This document shows, in pieces, positions 25,938 to 39,846 of a DNA stretch of 64,000 nt (position 1 is the stretch's first letter; each line of letters begins with the position of its first letter). Made by a program: the position numbers and the translations under genes. The stretch is from contig NC_043001.1 in NCBI RefSeq assembly GCF_006345805.1, forward strand, positions 65,224,001 through 65,288,000, read 5' to 3'. This DNA comes from Octopus sinensis (Eukaryota). The notes under the pieces are model-generated. The model searched no databases and was not told where the DNA came from. It was given only the letters and a program-made list of their open reading frames with translations.

Positions 25938-28900
25938 ATTTTCACTTTCTCGTTTAAACTCGGTTGTATAAATACTCGCGGCCTGGGGTCGTATTGGAAG
26001 CAAGGCTACCTCCTTAACGACCTTAGGTCGCATCGTTTGGATGTAGTGGTAATTACCGAATCCAGACTGAGTGGGCTGCAGGCTTTTTCGCCCCTTCTAA
26101 ACAGCTACGAGAAATACATTTCTCCCTGTCGACCTGGGGGAGGAGGAGGAGTGGCAGTGCTGGTCAGGAAAAACCTGGATTTAGAGATTAGAACTGTCTT
26201 TATAGATCCGGAAGGCAGGTTGGTCGTTTTGGATGTGACGCACAGCAGTGGTAAAGTGTTCAGGCTTGTCGCTGTCTATGCTCCCTGCGAAGGAATAGCC
26301 GGGCAGAAAGAGTATTTCAAAAGCCTAGAGAATTTTCTTGGCACGTCGAACACGTTAGTATTGCTAGGTGACTTCAACATAATTTGCGATGCACGCGTAG
26401 ATTATGTTGGCTCAAGAAAGAATACGAGGGGATTACCTCACCTCAACGATATGCTAAGTCGTTTCGAATTGGCAGATATATTCAGACTGGACCATCCAGA
26501 CACTCCAGCGTGGACCTGGGCAAGAAACGACGGGTCGTCCAGATCTTATATCGATAGAATCATAACTAGAAGGAAAGATAAGAAAATACTTAGCTGTCCA
26601 CAATACCATATCGTCAGCTACAGCGATCACAAATTAGTGACCTGTACGCTCGACATAGATAGCATGTGTAGACGAGGTACCGGTTACTGGAAGCTAAACA
26701 AGTCACTATTGGACTGTGAAGCCTACACGAATCGGATTAAACAATTAGTAATGAGGGCGTTAACCGGATCCATTATCAACAATAAATGTACGCCCTGAAA
26801 AGAGCCATCAAATTTGAGTCAATTAGGTTTAGCAAAGAACTAGCTAGTGCTAGAAACAAAGTAGAAAAGAAACTAGTTAAGGCATTAGAGGAGGCAATGA
26901 GGTCAGGCAGTGCATCGAAAGTGTTAGCGGCGAGGTTAGCACTTGACCAACATCTCAACGCTAAACATGAAGGGTGCATTGTCAGGGCTAAGATCTGTGC
27001 AATGAGACAGGAAGGGATCAACGCAGCCGGATGGGCCCGGGTGGTAGAGGGCCAGCGTGGCAACAACTCAACCATTCGATCCTTGACGGGCCCAAATGGT
27101 CGATTAGTAAACGAACCCGAGGAGATGTGCAAGGTGTTTCATGATCATTTCGCCCAGCTATTCGGGAGGAGCGGCGAGCTGGAGCGCGGGGAGAAGCTCG
27201 CAGACTTCCTAGCCGGTTCGCCGCGTCTATCGAGGCCGGACGCGGAATCTTGTGAGGCGCCGATCACAGCCAAAGAAGTCGAGGATATGTTGGCAGACTG
27301 CGGCGGGGACAAATCGCCGGGACTCGATGGTCTGCCTTACGAACTCTATAGTAGCATGCCAGACTTGTTTGGGCACCTACTTGCATACGTGTACACCAAC
27401 TGGCAGCAGAACGGGAGAATTCCTAAGTCTGTGAGCCGAGGGGTGGTAGCGCTGTTAAGAAAGGACCCAAACAAGGGGGATTTAATTGATAATTTCCGGC
27501 CTATCACTCTGCTTAACGCAGAGTTGAAGATCTTGGCCAAGGTCTTAGCAAAAAGGTTGGCACGGGTCGTGGGTGAACTTGTTGGCGAGGCGCAAACTTG
27601 CGCCATCCCTGGAAGGACCATCCACGACAATCTCCACTTTCTACGCTATGCCTTAGAAAGGGTAAATAGGATTCCTGGCAAGGGTAGGCCTATGGTCCAC
27701 TTGCACCAATCGAAAGTGTTTGATAGGGTGGACCATCAGTATCTGGAGGCGGTCCTCGCGGCGGCTGGCTTCGGCCCGACCTTCCGCGGATGGATCATCG
27801 CTTTATACAGCAACATCGAATCGGTAGTTCGGGTAAATTGTTTCCTTTCGGAACGGTTCAGCATTGAACGTTCGGTACGTCAAGGGTGTCCTCTCTCCCC
27901 GCTTCTCTACGCTTTGGCCCTCGAGCCGTTGCTGAAGAGGTTGGAAACTATGAGAGGCACCCCGCAAGATCTAGGGTGCGGAAAGTCAGCTTCGGCGTAT
28001 GCGGACGACATCACCGTCATCGTTTCCCGAGTCGAGCACCTACAGTGGGTGGGTGAGGCCTTAAGGGACTACGAAGCGGTGGTAGGAGCGAAAGTCAACC
28101 GGGATAAATCGGTCGGCTTGCAACTCGGCACCTGGAGGGGCAAGTCGATGTCTTCCGACAGCGTCGTAGGACTTTGGACGGAAGGACCGGTGAAAATGCT
28201 AGGGATCTGGTTAGGTCCAGATCTCCAGATAGAGAAGAACTGGAGCGAGGTGGCGAGAAAGGTGGCTCTCCTAACTCAGACATGGTCTGAGCGGAAACTG
28301 TCCTTGAAAGGGAGGGCGGAGGTTGCAGAAGTGTTTATCGCCTCTGTAATCACTTACCGCCTAACCGTAGTGCCTTGCTCCGATTCGTGGCTGAACAAAC
28401 TGGAACGCATGCTCTTTCGCTTTTTGCGGAGGGGCAGCAGACCTCTTGTAAGGCGCTCTATTTGCTGCCAAAAGCCGCTGAACGGTGGGTTAGGGATGCC
28501 GTGGCTAAAAATGCGCAGACATGCGCTCAGGCTGAGGCACCTCTGGATTTACCTGGACGGTGAGCAGGTGTGGTCTCCGTTTGTCAAGCTGTTATTTCCA
28601 CAGTTCACATCGTTTAACGAACTGAACCCATGGATCAAGTGTAGACCGAGGTTGGGCATGTGGCATGCAGAGTGCTATCAGGCACTCGTGCTTCTCTCCC
28701 AGTCGGGCAACGCCGGTGGCGGGGCTACTACCGCTTTCTTCTATAGAGGGTTAGTAGAGTTTAAGTGTGACGACGTCCTAGGAGAAACTCTGGGCTTCGA
28801 CGAAAATCAACTGGCCAGCCTGTTCCAAGGAACATTCGGTCCGGGGCCTATGGATAATTACCAAAAGTCCCTGGCCTGGCAATGTTACAGAGGAGCTTTA

Positions 28901-29350
28901 CCGGTTCGAGATAAGCTCTTTAGACATGGGTGTGCACCTTCGCCGGTTTGTGCAAGATGTAAGAGGGACAGTGAAACTGTCCTGTACGCGATTGTGCCAT
29001 GCCCCAAGGTGACTGAACTCTGGACTTATGTCGAACACCTGCTGTCGCATTCGAGAAGAGTACAACTGTCGAGCGAATCTGTAATTAAGATAGTTCCGCC
29101 GACCTTCCTGAATAGGGAGGAGCGAGCCTGTTTTCTTTCGGTAGTTGCTATGGCGAAAGAAGTAGTGTGGAAGACGAGAGTAAAAGGAATTGCAACAGGC
29201 ATGTTTATCTCCAGTCTCAAGCTAATCGACTTTTTCGTTTTCCACATGAAACGGAAAATAAGGCTGGAGAAGAAATGCCTGTCACAAAGTGTGTTTCGTA
29301 AAAGATGGAAGTCTATAGCAAGTATGTTGCGAGTGAAAGAACCTGTTTAA
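25938..29350 (+). CDS. Tx1 copy 2 ORF2p (APE-RT-Cys/His), frameshifted by a 4-bp deletion near 26786
   Basis: ORFs 26037-26798 and 26786-29350; aataaatgtacgcc vs aataaatggtggtacgcc in copy 1. Confidence 0.92.
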
Positions 29351-29564
29351 TCGAGAATGTAAAAAAGGATAAAGCAAAGTCTTCAGTGTGAGTATGTGGT
29401 TTGTGGGGTCGACCGCGTCCTCTGCTTCATTTTTTGCTAATCACTCATTCTCATTTAATTGTATATATTTTAATTGTTTGTTTATTCATATGTTTCGTCT
29501 CATTCGATACACTGACCCCAACGTTTGTTTTGTGCCCTCTTTTTTTCAACCTTATGGTGAATAA

Positions 29565-29571
<7 letters not shown>

Positions 29572-29602
<31 letters not shown>
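29572..29602. repeat. (TC)n microsatellite between Tx1 copies 2 and 3
   Basis: Seen directly. Confidence 0.95.
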
Positions 29603-29605
<3 letters not shown>

Positions 29606-29759
29606 GGTTGTGTTATTCTTTGCTCCGCAGTGAAAGATTGTTTTTATGCTGAAAATTGTGAACATTTGTTGTTTTGGTCGTTGAGACCACTTCTTTTCTG
29701 CTGTTGCAGCAGTTTTGCTGTTCTTTCCCCCTTGTTTCAAGGGGGAAGCGGCAAAAAAC

Positions 29760-31362
29760 ATGAATTTGCCACCAATTTCTTCCGAGTCGGAGGAAAACGT
29801 TGACTATTTGTTTGCAGGCATGAAGGCGAATATGTGGGAGGAGGAAGGTGAAAGTAAAGAGGCGTCTCACGCGAGCGTTACAAAAGCAGACGACAAGATG
29901 TCTAGCGAGGCTACTACACAACAGGAAAAATAAAAAATAAATTTTGCGAGTGCAGCAACTCGCCCCTGTGAAAAAAGAAGAATTAAAGAAGTACCAAAGT
30001 TTATTAAAAAAAGAAGGTGATAATGTGAAGTTGCTCCCTCCTAGTGAATTAATTTACGCGACGGAGAGAAAGACTGTCATATACAAAACATATAATGTCA
30101 AAAATAAAAAAATCGATTTTGTACCGAGGGAAGCGATCGAAAAATGCTTCAGGCCGATATGGCAACAAACAAGTTACATAACGAGGGATCGTCGCTTCGG
30201 CACTGTAGAGGTGCGTTTCCCTAGCGAAGAAAAAGCTAGGGAACATTCAACAAGGACATTGAAGTCGGAAGAAGTAGTTCTCCTCCCGACTTACTTAGGA
30301 AAGAGAACTTCGAAAATCACAGTTACGGATATTCCACCCGAAATAGATGTGGCCTTTGTCATAGCCGCTATTCTCTTAGGCAAAGAAGAAATTGCAATTC
30401 TTCAGTCTAAGAGATACCGCCACATGAACTGGTTTGGACAAGATTTAGAGCTTGTGATCCAAGCAAACCCCTCAGACTTAGAAAAATTGCCCAGTTCCCT
30501 TACAATTGGAGAAAATACCAGCATGATGGTGGTAGTAGAGGGGAGAAAGCCCAGATGTTACAAATGTGGCGCGAAAGGCCACATAAGGTCGAGAAGAAGA
30601 CAGGCCACATAAGGTCGAGAAGAAGACAGCCAAAGAAAATGCTGCAGAAGAGGCAAGCACGACGCCGAAGACAACGACAGCACCGCTAGAAATAGCAGCC
30701 ACGTCGCAGACCCCAATTACCGAAGTACAGTCGACAGCGGGAGAAAACAACAACAAAAACGACAACATCCAGGAGTGGGTCACCGTAGAACCTTCAAAAA
30801 GAAGACGGAAACGGAAAAACCCACCCTCTTCGGATACACAGGACTATGCTCCGAGACAGACAAGCACACCCACACCCACAAATACAGTCGCAAACACACA
30901 CGTAGCCAAAAAAACACACACACTGGAAAAAGCACACACAAACACTCCCACACCTACCACAAGCACACACACACCTACAATCACCTACGTTTCTACAAGC
31001 ACCCCCCCCCACAAACACCTCCCTCCACAATCGCCATATATAAAAAAGAGAAACACCTTCACGGCGATAAACAAAAATAATAAACTATTAAGAGATAAAA
31101 TTGTTTTAATGAAATCGGCGAAAAAATATATCGCAACAGATGTAAATAATACTATTTCTGAAAATGTCGAATTATATACTATAGATAACTCTGACTATTT
31201 TGAACTAAAAAATCTTTTGCGGAGGACGTCGGTCTGTTACAGATGAACATTTCGAGCCATCTGTACAGGCAATTCGCGAAAAAAATAACCTCGCAAAACA
31301 CAACACTCACAGACAGAAAAGAGGAGGGTGAAATTACACCCTCTCTCTCGTTAAAACAGTAA
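29760..31362 (+). pseudogene. Tx1 copy 3 ORF1 remnant
   Basis: Premature stops and frameshifts; a 26-bp tandem duplication at 30577-30628 coincides with loss of the last knuckle Cys. Confidence 0.88.
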
Positions 31363-34247
31363 GATTTAAACATTCGACTAATTTTTCACATTCTCGTTTA
31401 AACTCGGTTGTTTAAATATTCGCGGCCTGGGGTCGTATTGGAAGCAAGGCTACCTCCTTAACGACCTTAGGTCGCATCGTTTGGATGTAGTGGTAATTAC
31501 CGAATCCAGACTGAGTGGGCTGCAGGCTTTTCGCCCCTTCTAAACGGCTATGAGAAATACGTTTCTCCCTGTCGACCGGGAGGGGGCGGAGGAGTGGCAG
31601 TGCTGGTCAGAAAAAAAACCTGGATTTAGAGATTAGAACTGTCTTTATAGATCCGGAAGGCAGGTTGGTCGTTTTGGATATGACGCATAGCAGTGGCAAA
31701 GTGTTCAGGCTGGTCGCTGTCTATGCTCCCGGCGAAGGAAAAGCCGGGCAGAAAGAGTATTTCAAAAGCCTAGAGAATTTTCTTGGCAGGTCGAACACGT
31801 TAGTATTGCTAGGTGACTTCAGCATGATTTGTGATGCACGCGTAGATTATGTTGGCTCGAGAAAGAATAGGGGGGGGATTACCTCACCTCAACGATCTGC
31901 TAAGTCGTTTCGAGTTGGCAGATCGATTCAGACTGGACCACCCAGACACTCCAGCGTGGACCTGGGCAAGAAACGACGGGTCGTCCAGATCTTACATAGA
32001 TAGAATCATAACTAGAAGGAAAGATAAGAAAATACTTAGCTGTCCACAATACCATATCGTCAGGTACAGCGATCACAAATAAGTGATAGACATAGATAGC
32101 ATGTGAAGACGAGGTACCGGGTACTGGAAGCTAAACAAGTCACTATTGGACTGTGAAGCCTACACGAATCGGATTAAACAATTAGTAATGAGGGCGTTAA
32201 CCGGATCCATTATCAACAACAAACGGTGGTACGCCCTGAAAAGAGCCATCAAATGTGAGTCAATTAGATTTAGCAAAGAATTAGCTAGTGCTAGAAACAA
32301 AGTAGAAAAGGAACTAGTTAAGGCAATAGATGAGGCAATGAGGTCAGGCAGTGCATCGAAAGTGTTAGCGGCGAGGTTGGCACTTGACCAACATCTCAAT
32401 GCTAAACATGAAGGGTGCATTATTAGGGCTAAAATCCGTGCAATGAGACAGGAAGGGATCAACGCAGCCGGATGGGCCCGGGTGGTAGAGGGCCAGCGTG
32501 GCAACAGCTCAACCATTCGATCTTTGTCGGGCCCAAATGGTCGATCAGGAAACGAACCCGTGGAGATGTGCAAGGTGTTTCACGATCATTTCGCTCAGCT
32601 ATTCGGGAGGAGCAGCGGACTGGAGCGCGGGGAGAAGCTCGCAGACTTCCTAGCCGGTTTGCTGCGTCTATCTTGTGAGGCGCCGATCACAGCCAAGGAA
32701 GTCGAGGATGTGTTGGCAGACTGCGGCGGGGACAAATCGCCGGGACTCGATGGTCTGCCTTACGAACTCTATAGTAGCATGCCAGACTTGTTTGGGCACC
32801 TACTTGCATGCGTGTACACCAACTGGCAGCAGAACGGGAGAATTCCTAAGTCTGTGAGCCGAGGGGTAGTAGCGCTGTTAAGAAAGGATCCAAACAAGGG
32901 GGATTTAATTGATAATCTTCGGCCCATCACTCTGCTTAACGCAGAGTTGAAGATTTTGGCCAAGGTCTTAGCAAAAAGGTTGGCACGGGTCGTGGGTGAA
33001 CTTGTTGGCGAGGCGCAAACTTGCGCCTTCCCTGGAAGGACCATCCACGACAATATCCACTTTCTACGCTATGCCTTAGAAAGGGTAAATAGGATTCATG
33101 GCAAGGGTGGGACTATGGTCCACTTGGACCAATCGAAAGCGTTCGATAAGGTTGACCATCAGTATCTGGGCAGCTGGCTTCGGCCCGACCTTCCGCGGAT
33201 GGATCAACGCTTTATACAGCAACATCGAATCGGTAGTTCGGGTGAATGGTTTCTTTTCGGAGCCGTTCCGCATTGAACGTTCGGTATGTCAAGGGTGTCC
33301 TCTCTCCCCGCTTCTCTACGTCTTGGCCCTCGAGCCGTTGCTGAGGAGGTTGGAAACTATGAGGGGCACTCCGCAGGATCTAGGGTGCGGAAAGTCAGCT
33401 TCGGCGTATGCGGACGACATCACCGTCATCGTATCCCGAGTCGAGCACCTACAGTGGGTGAGGCTTTAAGGGACTACGAAGTGTTGGCAGGAGCGAAAGT
33501 CAACCGGGATAAATCGGTCGGCTTGCAACTCGGCACCTGGAGGGGCAAGTCGATGTCTTCCGACAGCGTCGTAGGACTTTGGACGGAAGGGCCGGTGACA
33601 ATGCTTGGAATCTGTTTAGGTCCAGATCTCCAGATAGAGAAGAATTGGAGCGAGGTGGCGAGAAAGGTGGCTCTCCTAACTCAGACCTGGTCTGAGCGGA
33701 AGCTGTCCTTGAAAGGGAGGGCGGAGGTTGCAGAGGTGTTTATCGCCTCTGTAATCACTTACCGCCTGACTCCGATTCGTGGCTGAGCAAGCTGGAACGC
33801 ATGCTCTTTCGCTTTTTGTGGAGGGGCAGCAGATCTCTTGTAAGGCGCTCTATTTGCTGCCAAAAGCCGCTGAAGAATGGGTTAGGGATGCCGTGGCTAA
33901 AAATGCGCTGACATCCGCTCAGGCTTAGGCACCTCTGGCTTTACCTGGACGGTGAGCAGGCGTGGTCTTCGTTCGTCAAACTGTTATTTCCACAGTTCAC
34001 ATCGTTTACCAAACTGAACCCATGGATCAAGTGTAGACCGAGGTTGGGCGTGTGGCATGTAGAGTGCTATCAGGCACTCGTGCTCCTCTCCCAGTCGGGC
34101 AACGCCGGTGGCGGGGGTACTACCGCTTTCTTCTATAGAGGGTTAGTAGAGTTTAAGTGTGACGACGTCCTGGGAGAAACCCTGGGCTTCAACGAAAATC
34201 AACTGGCCAGCCTGTTCCAAAGAACATTCGGTCCGGGGCCTATGGAT

Positions 34248-34830
34248 TGTAAGAATTAGCACTTCCTTCTCAAAGCTTGGATTCGAAATCAGACCCAAGA
34301 ATCATTGGTCGTAAAATACCAATGCACAAAAAGGCGCGAAATCAGAATCTCTTTGTTCTGACAAAAAATGATGGATCGTCTCCCTTCGACCTCTGACCCG
34401 AGCAGGTCAGGCGAAGTTTAACAGGACGACCAGCGACCTACTGTACTCAATAACACTCTTGCGGTATATCTATTTTTCTGGCTATTTGAGATGTTATAAA
34501 TAGAACGGAGAAATAGGTATCTAGAGAGAAGCCGAACCAACGTTTAAGAGAACGTCACGCATTTATGAGGACGACGAAAGAATATTCAGAAAGGTGACTC
34601 TGTACTGCATGATTTACACACACACACACACACACCATCAAACATATTCTGCTTTAATGTGTATCCTGTATCATGCATTCCTTTAAAATGTATTATTTGC
34701 AACCACTATTTGATATGCATTTTGTACAAGCGATGTGTAACATTGCTTACAAATTGATGTAGTGATAATAAATCTTTAATTTATTACAAAGCACTTATGT
34801 ATTTATTAATACATCCACGCATCCACTACA
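34248..34830 (+). repeat. Gypsy 5' LTR (583 bp)
   Basis: TGTAAG...CTACA; TATAAA near 34495 and AATAAA near 34766; followed by TT and the PBS. Confidence 0.92.
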
Positions 34831-34832
34831 TT

Positions 34833-34843
34833 TGGTGACCCCG
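34833..34843 (+). promoter_or_regulatory. Primer binding site, complementary to the tRNA-Trp 3' end
   Basis: TGGTGACCCCG two bases after the LTR end; the tRNA assignment is from recalled eukaryotic tRNA-Trp 3' sequence. Confidence 0.82.
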
Positions 34844-34948
34844 TAAAACGAATCGCGCCTTCCCTGGAACCAGCTTCATCAACCGCGTCGAAGAATTACA
34901 GTTTGCACATCACCAGCAACGAAGCAACTGAAAATTCCGACGAAAACA

Positions 34949-35824
34949 ATGAATCTCCCGGAACAAAACCCAGCGGCCAACATCGACATGGCATTCCAAG
35001 CGGCGATCTCGTTAAAAATTCCACCATTCTGGACCCACGACCCGACATTGTGGTTTCACCATATAGAGGCACAGTTTGCCTCTCACAGAATATCGAGCGA
35101 TGCGGCTCGACTTTCTCACGTTATCAGTTCTCTGTCACCAGAAATAACGAACGTGATACGCGACCTTATCATGGCACCACCCGGTTCTGTTTCATATGAA
35201 GTTTTTAAAACCACGTTAATAAACAGAACCTCAGAATCCCAACAAAAAATACTTCACCAGCTTCTGATATCGGAAGAATTGGGTGACAAAACGCCGTCCC
35301 AGCTTCTTCGGAGAATGAAACAGCTTCTCGGAGATGAGACGCTCCCAGAAAAAATCTTCAAGCAACTTTTTCTCCAGCGTCTGCCCTCCAATACCCAGGT
35401 TGTTCTCGCGTCCACCAGAGAAAACACATCCCTTGAAGAACTGGCGGAGCTAGCTGACAAAATAGCCGAAGTACCGCACAGATATCCAACGGTATCGACG
35501 GTGACGCCAGCCGCTCCCAGTACCAATCCTTTCCGTGCACAAACCAGTTCTTCAGAGATTTCGGATTTGCGTGCATTAATGACGCAGCAAGCTGCGCAAA
35601 TACAAATTCTCACAGCCCAAATACAAGCCCTAAAGTTTAGTCCCCAGCGTCGAAGCACCAGCCGATCTCGACGAGATGGCAGACGGTCTCGAAGCCCCAG
35701 TGCTACCCGAAACTCACATGACACGTGTTGGTACCACCGAACATTCGGAACACGGGCACAAAAATGTACGGTACCGTGCTCGTTTTCCTCACCCAGTTCG
35801 GGAAACGGCACAGCCAGGAATTGA
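34949..35824 (+). CDS. gag: Gypsy Gag (291 aa)
   Basis: KIPPFWTHDPTLWF, LGDKTPSQLL, LFLQRLP and CWYHRTFGTRAQKC (CX2HX9C) motifs; intact ORF. Confidence 0.93.
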   Translation: MNLPEQNPAANIDMAFQAAISLKIPPFWTHDPTLWFHHIEAQFASHRISSDAARLSHVISSLSPEITNVIRDLIMAPPGSVSYEVFKTTLINRTSESQQKILHQLLISEELGDKTPSQLLRRMKQLLGDETLPEKIFKQLFLQRLPSNTQVVLASTRENTSLEELAELADKIAEVPHRYPTVSTVTPAAPSTNPFRAQTSSSEISDLRALMTQQAAQIQILTAQIQALKFSPQRRSTSRSRRDGRRSRSPSATRNSHDTCWYHRTFGTRAQKCTVPCSFSSPSSGNGTARN

Positions 35825-35843
35825 ACGCGACGGAAGTTCCTGG
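35800..35843 (+). promoter_or_regulatory. -1 programmed ribosomal frameshift signal
   Basis: G GGA AAC at 35800-35806 in the gag frame, 7-nt spacer, then stem ccaggaa (35814-35820)/ttcctgg (35837-35843); the -1 frame leads into the protease FLVDTGAE. Confidence 0.85.
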
Positions 35844-38800
35844 TTCGCACCCACACAGTCGCCTGTTTTTCGTTTGCGATCGTGTAACAGGCACGCGTTT
35901 CCTGGTTGACACAGGTGCGGAAGTCAGCATCATCCCAGTCTCCAACACTTCTGGAAAAAGAAAAGAGACATCAGTCTGTCTTCAGGCAGTCAACCATTCA
36001 CCCATTCCAACCTACGGTGAACAGTCCCTAACATTAAACATAGGACTACGCGCCGCACATTTCAGTGGGTATTCGTCGTCGCTAAACTGCCGACCCCTAT
36101 CTTAGGAGCCGATTTCCTGCATCATTTCGGTCTCCTGGTAGACATAAAGTACAGACGACTTGTCGACACCACCACCAAGCTTACTGTGCGCGGTATAGCC
36201 GCTCGAATGGACACAGTCAGCCCAACTGTAATGCTTACGACAACGACTCGTCACAGTTCCATCCTGAATGATTATCCAGATGTCGCCCGGCCAGTTTTTC
36301 ATAACCAGCCGATAAAGCACGACGTTACCCACCACATCAAAACCAGCGGTCCACCTGTTGCTGCAAGGCCCAGAAGGTTACCACCTGATCGTCTCCAGGC
36401 CGTCAAGCGGGAATTCCAGCACATGCTCGACCTCGGAATCATCCGCGTTTCCAGCAGCAACTGGTCCTCGCCGATACACTGCGTCCCAAAAAAATCATCG
36501 ACCGATTGGCGGGTTTGCGGCGATTATCGATCACTGAATAAAAGCACTATCAGTGATGCCTATCCGGTGCCTTTTCTTCAGGACTTTTCGAGCTCGCTGC
36601 ATGGAGCTCGCATCTTTTCAAAAATCGACCTGGTGCGAGCATACAACCAAATCCCAGTCGAACCTGCAGACATCTCAAAGACAGCAGTGACTACACCTTT
36701 CGGAATGTTTGAATTCCTGCGTATGCCTTTCGGTTTACGAAACGCAGCACAGACATTCCAAAGGTTTATCGACATGGTGACTAGAGGTTTGCCTTTCGTC
36801 TATGCCTACATAGACGACATACTCGTGGCCAGTAACTCGGACGAAGAGCATAATCAACACCTTCACCTGCTATTCGGACGACTACGTCAATTTGGAATTG
36901 TTATCAACCCTACCAAATGTTTGTTCGGAGTTGCTTCCCTTCATTTTCTCGGCCATATAGTCGATAAAAATGGAATTCGTCCCCTTCCCGAGAAAGTCAA
37001 GGCCATCGTGGATTTTCCACCACCCACATCTCTCCGCAAATTAAGGGAATATCTCGGTCTAGCGAATTTCTATCGACGGTTCGTGCCCCACCTCGCTGAA
37101 ATAGCGCAACCGCTCACCGATTTGCTACGTCAGCGAACCTGCAAAAACGCAGATATAGCTCTGACCGAAGATCAACTCGTTTCTTTCGCTGCCCTGAAAA
37201 AAGCGTTATCTAGCGCTACCATGTTGGTTTATCCAAAACCAGACGCCCCACGATGTTTACTCGTTGATGCATCCGATTCCGGAATCGGAGGTGTGCTACA
37301 ACAGCTTGTTGACGGTATATGGCAACCGTTGTCTTTCTTTTCTAAGCGGTTAAAACCCGCGGAAACCAAATACAGCACATTCAGTCGGGAATTATTGGCG
37401 GCATACCTGGCCGTTAAGCATTTCCGTCATATGCTAGAAGGTACCAATTTTGCCATATATACCGACCACAAGCCATTAGTATACGCATTTAACACCAAAC
37501 CGGATCGCCATTCGCCGAGAGAAATTCGTCACCTCGACTTCATATCGCAGTACACGACGGATATACGCCACATCAAAGGGACGACCAACGTGGCAGCCGA
37601 TGCACTTTCACGTGCGCAGATCAATGCTATCCACACCACGTCTACAATTGATCTGGCACGTATAGCAGCTGACCAGGAGAATGACGAAGAACTTCTAAAG
37701 CTCCGGAATTCGTCATCTCTGAAATTTCAGCATGTTCCACTACCATCATCCACAGCCCATATTTGGTGTGATATTTCCACTGGTTACCAACGCCCTTATG
37801 TACCACAGAAATATCGTCGAGAAGTTTTCTCCGCTCTACATTCTCTGTCACATCCTGGTATTCGCTCCACTCAAAAGCTAATATCGACCCGTTTTGTGTG
37901 GACCAGTATCAACAAGGATATCAGAGAATGGACCAAGTGCTGTGTTGCGTGCCAAAAAGCGAAAATCCACCGGCACATAAAATCACCAATCGGTTCATTT
38001 TCGCAGCCCGATGCACGATTTCAGCACGTTAACATTGATATCGTTGGACCCCTGCCACCTTCGCAGAACTATTCATATTTGCTAACTTGCGTAGATAGGT
38101 TCTCGCGATGGCCCGAAGCCTGGCCCCTATCTGATATATCAGCAGAAACGGTCGCTAAAACGCTGATATCACAATGGGTTTCGCGTTTTGGCACACCCGC
38201 AACAATTACCACCGACAGAGGACGTCAGTTCGATTCCCACCTTTTCACCGAGCTGACTCGTCTCCTCGGGTGTAAACACACCCGCACTACAGCTTACCAC
38301 CCTGCAGCAAATGGCATGGTGGAACGCTTTCACCCGCCAACTCAAGGCATCTATAAAAGCAGCTCCAGACAGTTCTCACTGGTTGGAACATCTCCCTCTC
38401 ATCCTCCTTGGAATTCGATCCACGATTAAGGAAGAACTGGGATATACTCCGGCCGAACTCGTTTATGGCACAACACTCACCTTACCTGGGCAGATGATCG
38501 AACCTGTTTCACAAAACTTCCCTGACCCACAACAATATGTGCACCGATTACGAACATCCATGTCGCAAGTATCACCCTCAGGCCCCAGACAACAGAACGT
38601 CGTTTCACGTGTCCCAAAAGATATCAACACATGGACTCATGTCTTCGTGAGGAATGATGGGATACCCTCTCAACTTCGACCACCATATTCCGGGCCCTAC
38701 AAGGTCATCAAAGAGAACCCAAGTATTTCGTCCTCGATATTGGAGGTAAACGAAATACGGTCTCGATTGATCGTTTAAAAAAAGCTTTCATCGAGGAGGA

Positions 38801-38969
38801 CTTACATTCAGTCCCCTCTTTTCCTCAAACAGACTCGGCAACTCCAGCGAACACCACAGATGCTGCACAACCCCGACACACCAAATCAGGAAGAACAGTT
38901 CGATGGCCAGCAAGGTTTGTGCAAGTTTTTCGGGTAAGTTCTGAACTCCTAACGTATCCATCTTCCTAA
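35800..38969 (+). CDS. pol: Gypsy Pol (protease, RT, RNase H, integrase) with small indels near 36050, 38335 and 38720
   Basis: FLVDTGAE; [17 protein letters not shown]; [23 protein letters not shown]; HPG..C..C, DIVGPLP, TDRG, NGMVERF; C-terminal [10 protein letters not shown]. Confidence 0.93.
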
Positions 38970-39527
38970 TGAACACATAACTGCATCACCCACCCAGAGA
39001 AATCAAAGAACATTTGTGTACGTAAAGAAAAAAAAGATGAAAACAAAAACTGTCTGTATGAACTTTTACGGAACATTTCAAAATCGAACTTTGCCGATGA
39101 ACATTTCTTTCATTTTTGCATGTACATATTTTTTTGTTTTCTCTTCAAAATGTTTGCATTCTCAAATATATTTTTTTGCTAACTGTATATCCACACACAT
39201 TTACAAATCTTGTTCTCATGCGTGCTATCACTCGATTTTTTTTTTCGCCACTGAAAGATACCTTGTCTCTATTAGACCTCTAGTAGGTCGAGTAATCAAT
39301 AGACGCACATCTCTTTCAACGCGCCAACATAATTCTACCTGGGCACATATACATATTGCCCACCATATAGCACATACAAATTGTAAACCTTTCATCCATA
39401 TTTTTATCGTTCAATGTGTAAAAAAAAATTTTTTTTCTACATGCACACAATCAAAAAAAAAAAAATAAATAAAAATAATAATAATAATACATTTCCAATA
39501 TCGTTCGATCTCTGTGGCTTTCTCACT

Positions 39528-39540
39528 AGAAGGGGGGTAG
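39528..39540 (+). promoter_or_regulatory. Polypurine tract
   Basis: agaaggggggtag immediately before the 3' LTR TGTAAG. Confidence 0.85.
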
Positions 39541-39846
39541 TGTAAGAATTAGCACTTCCTTCTCAAAGCTTGGATTCGAAATCAGACCCAAGAATCATTG
39601 GTCGTAAAATACCAATGCACAAAAAGGCGCGAAATCAGAATCTCTTTGTTCTGACAAAAAATGATGGATCGTCTCCCTTCGACCTCTGACCCGAGCAGGT
39701 CAGGCGAAGTTTAACAGGACGACCAGCGACCTACTGTACTCAATAACACTCTTGCGGTATATCTATTTTTCTGGCTATTTGAGATATTATAAATAGAACG
39801 GAGAAATAGGTATCTAGAGAGAAGCCGAACCAACGTTTAAGAGAAC
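39541..39846 (+). repeat. Gypsy 3' LTR, truncated after 306 bp
   Basis: Identical by eye to 34248-34553 except one G/A change; then joins Tx1 ORF2 sequence. Confidence 0.93.

Larger units (their letters stand above)
24157..29571 (+). mobile_element. L1/Tx1-clade retrotransposon, copy 2 (full length)
   Basis: Same 5' and 3' termini as copy 1 and nearly identical sequence; ends AATAAAtaaata followed by (CT)n. Confidence 0.95.
34248..39846 (+). mobile_element. Ty3/Gypsy LTR retrotransposon (CsRn1-like), nested in Tx1 copy 3 ORF2
   Basis: LTRs, tRNA-Trp-type PBS, gag, PR-RT-RH-IN order and PPT are all visible. Confidence 0.95.

Noticed and set aside
19945-38340. Homopolymer frameshifts (about 19950, 24680, 38335) as programmed recoding
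   Set aside because: Each is private to one copy or breaks a conserved motif; sequencing error or decay is more likely.
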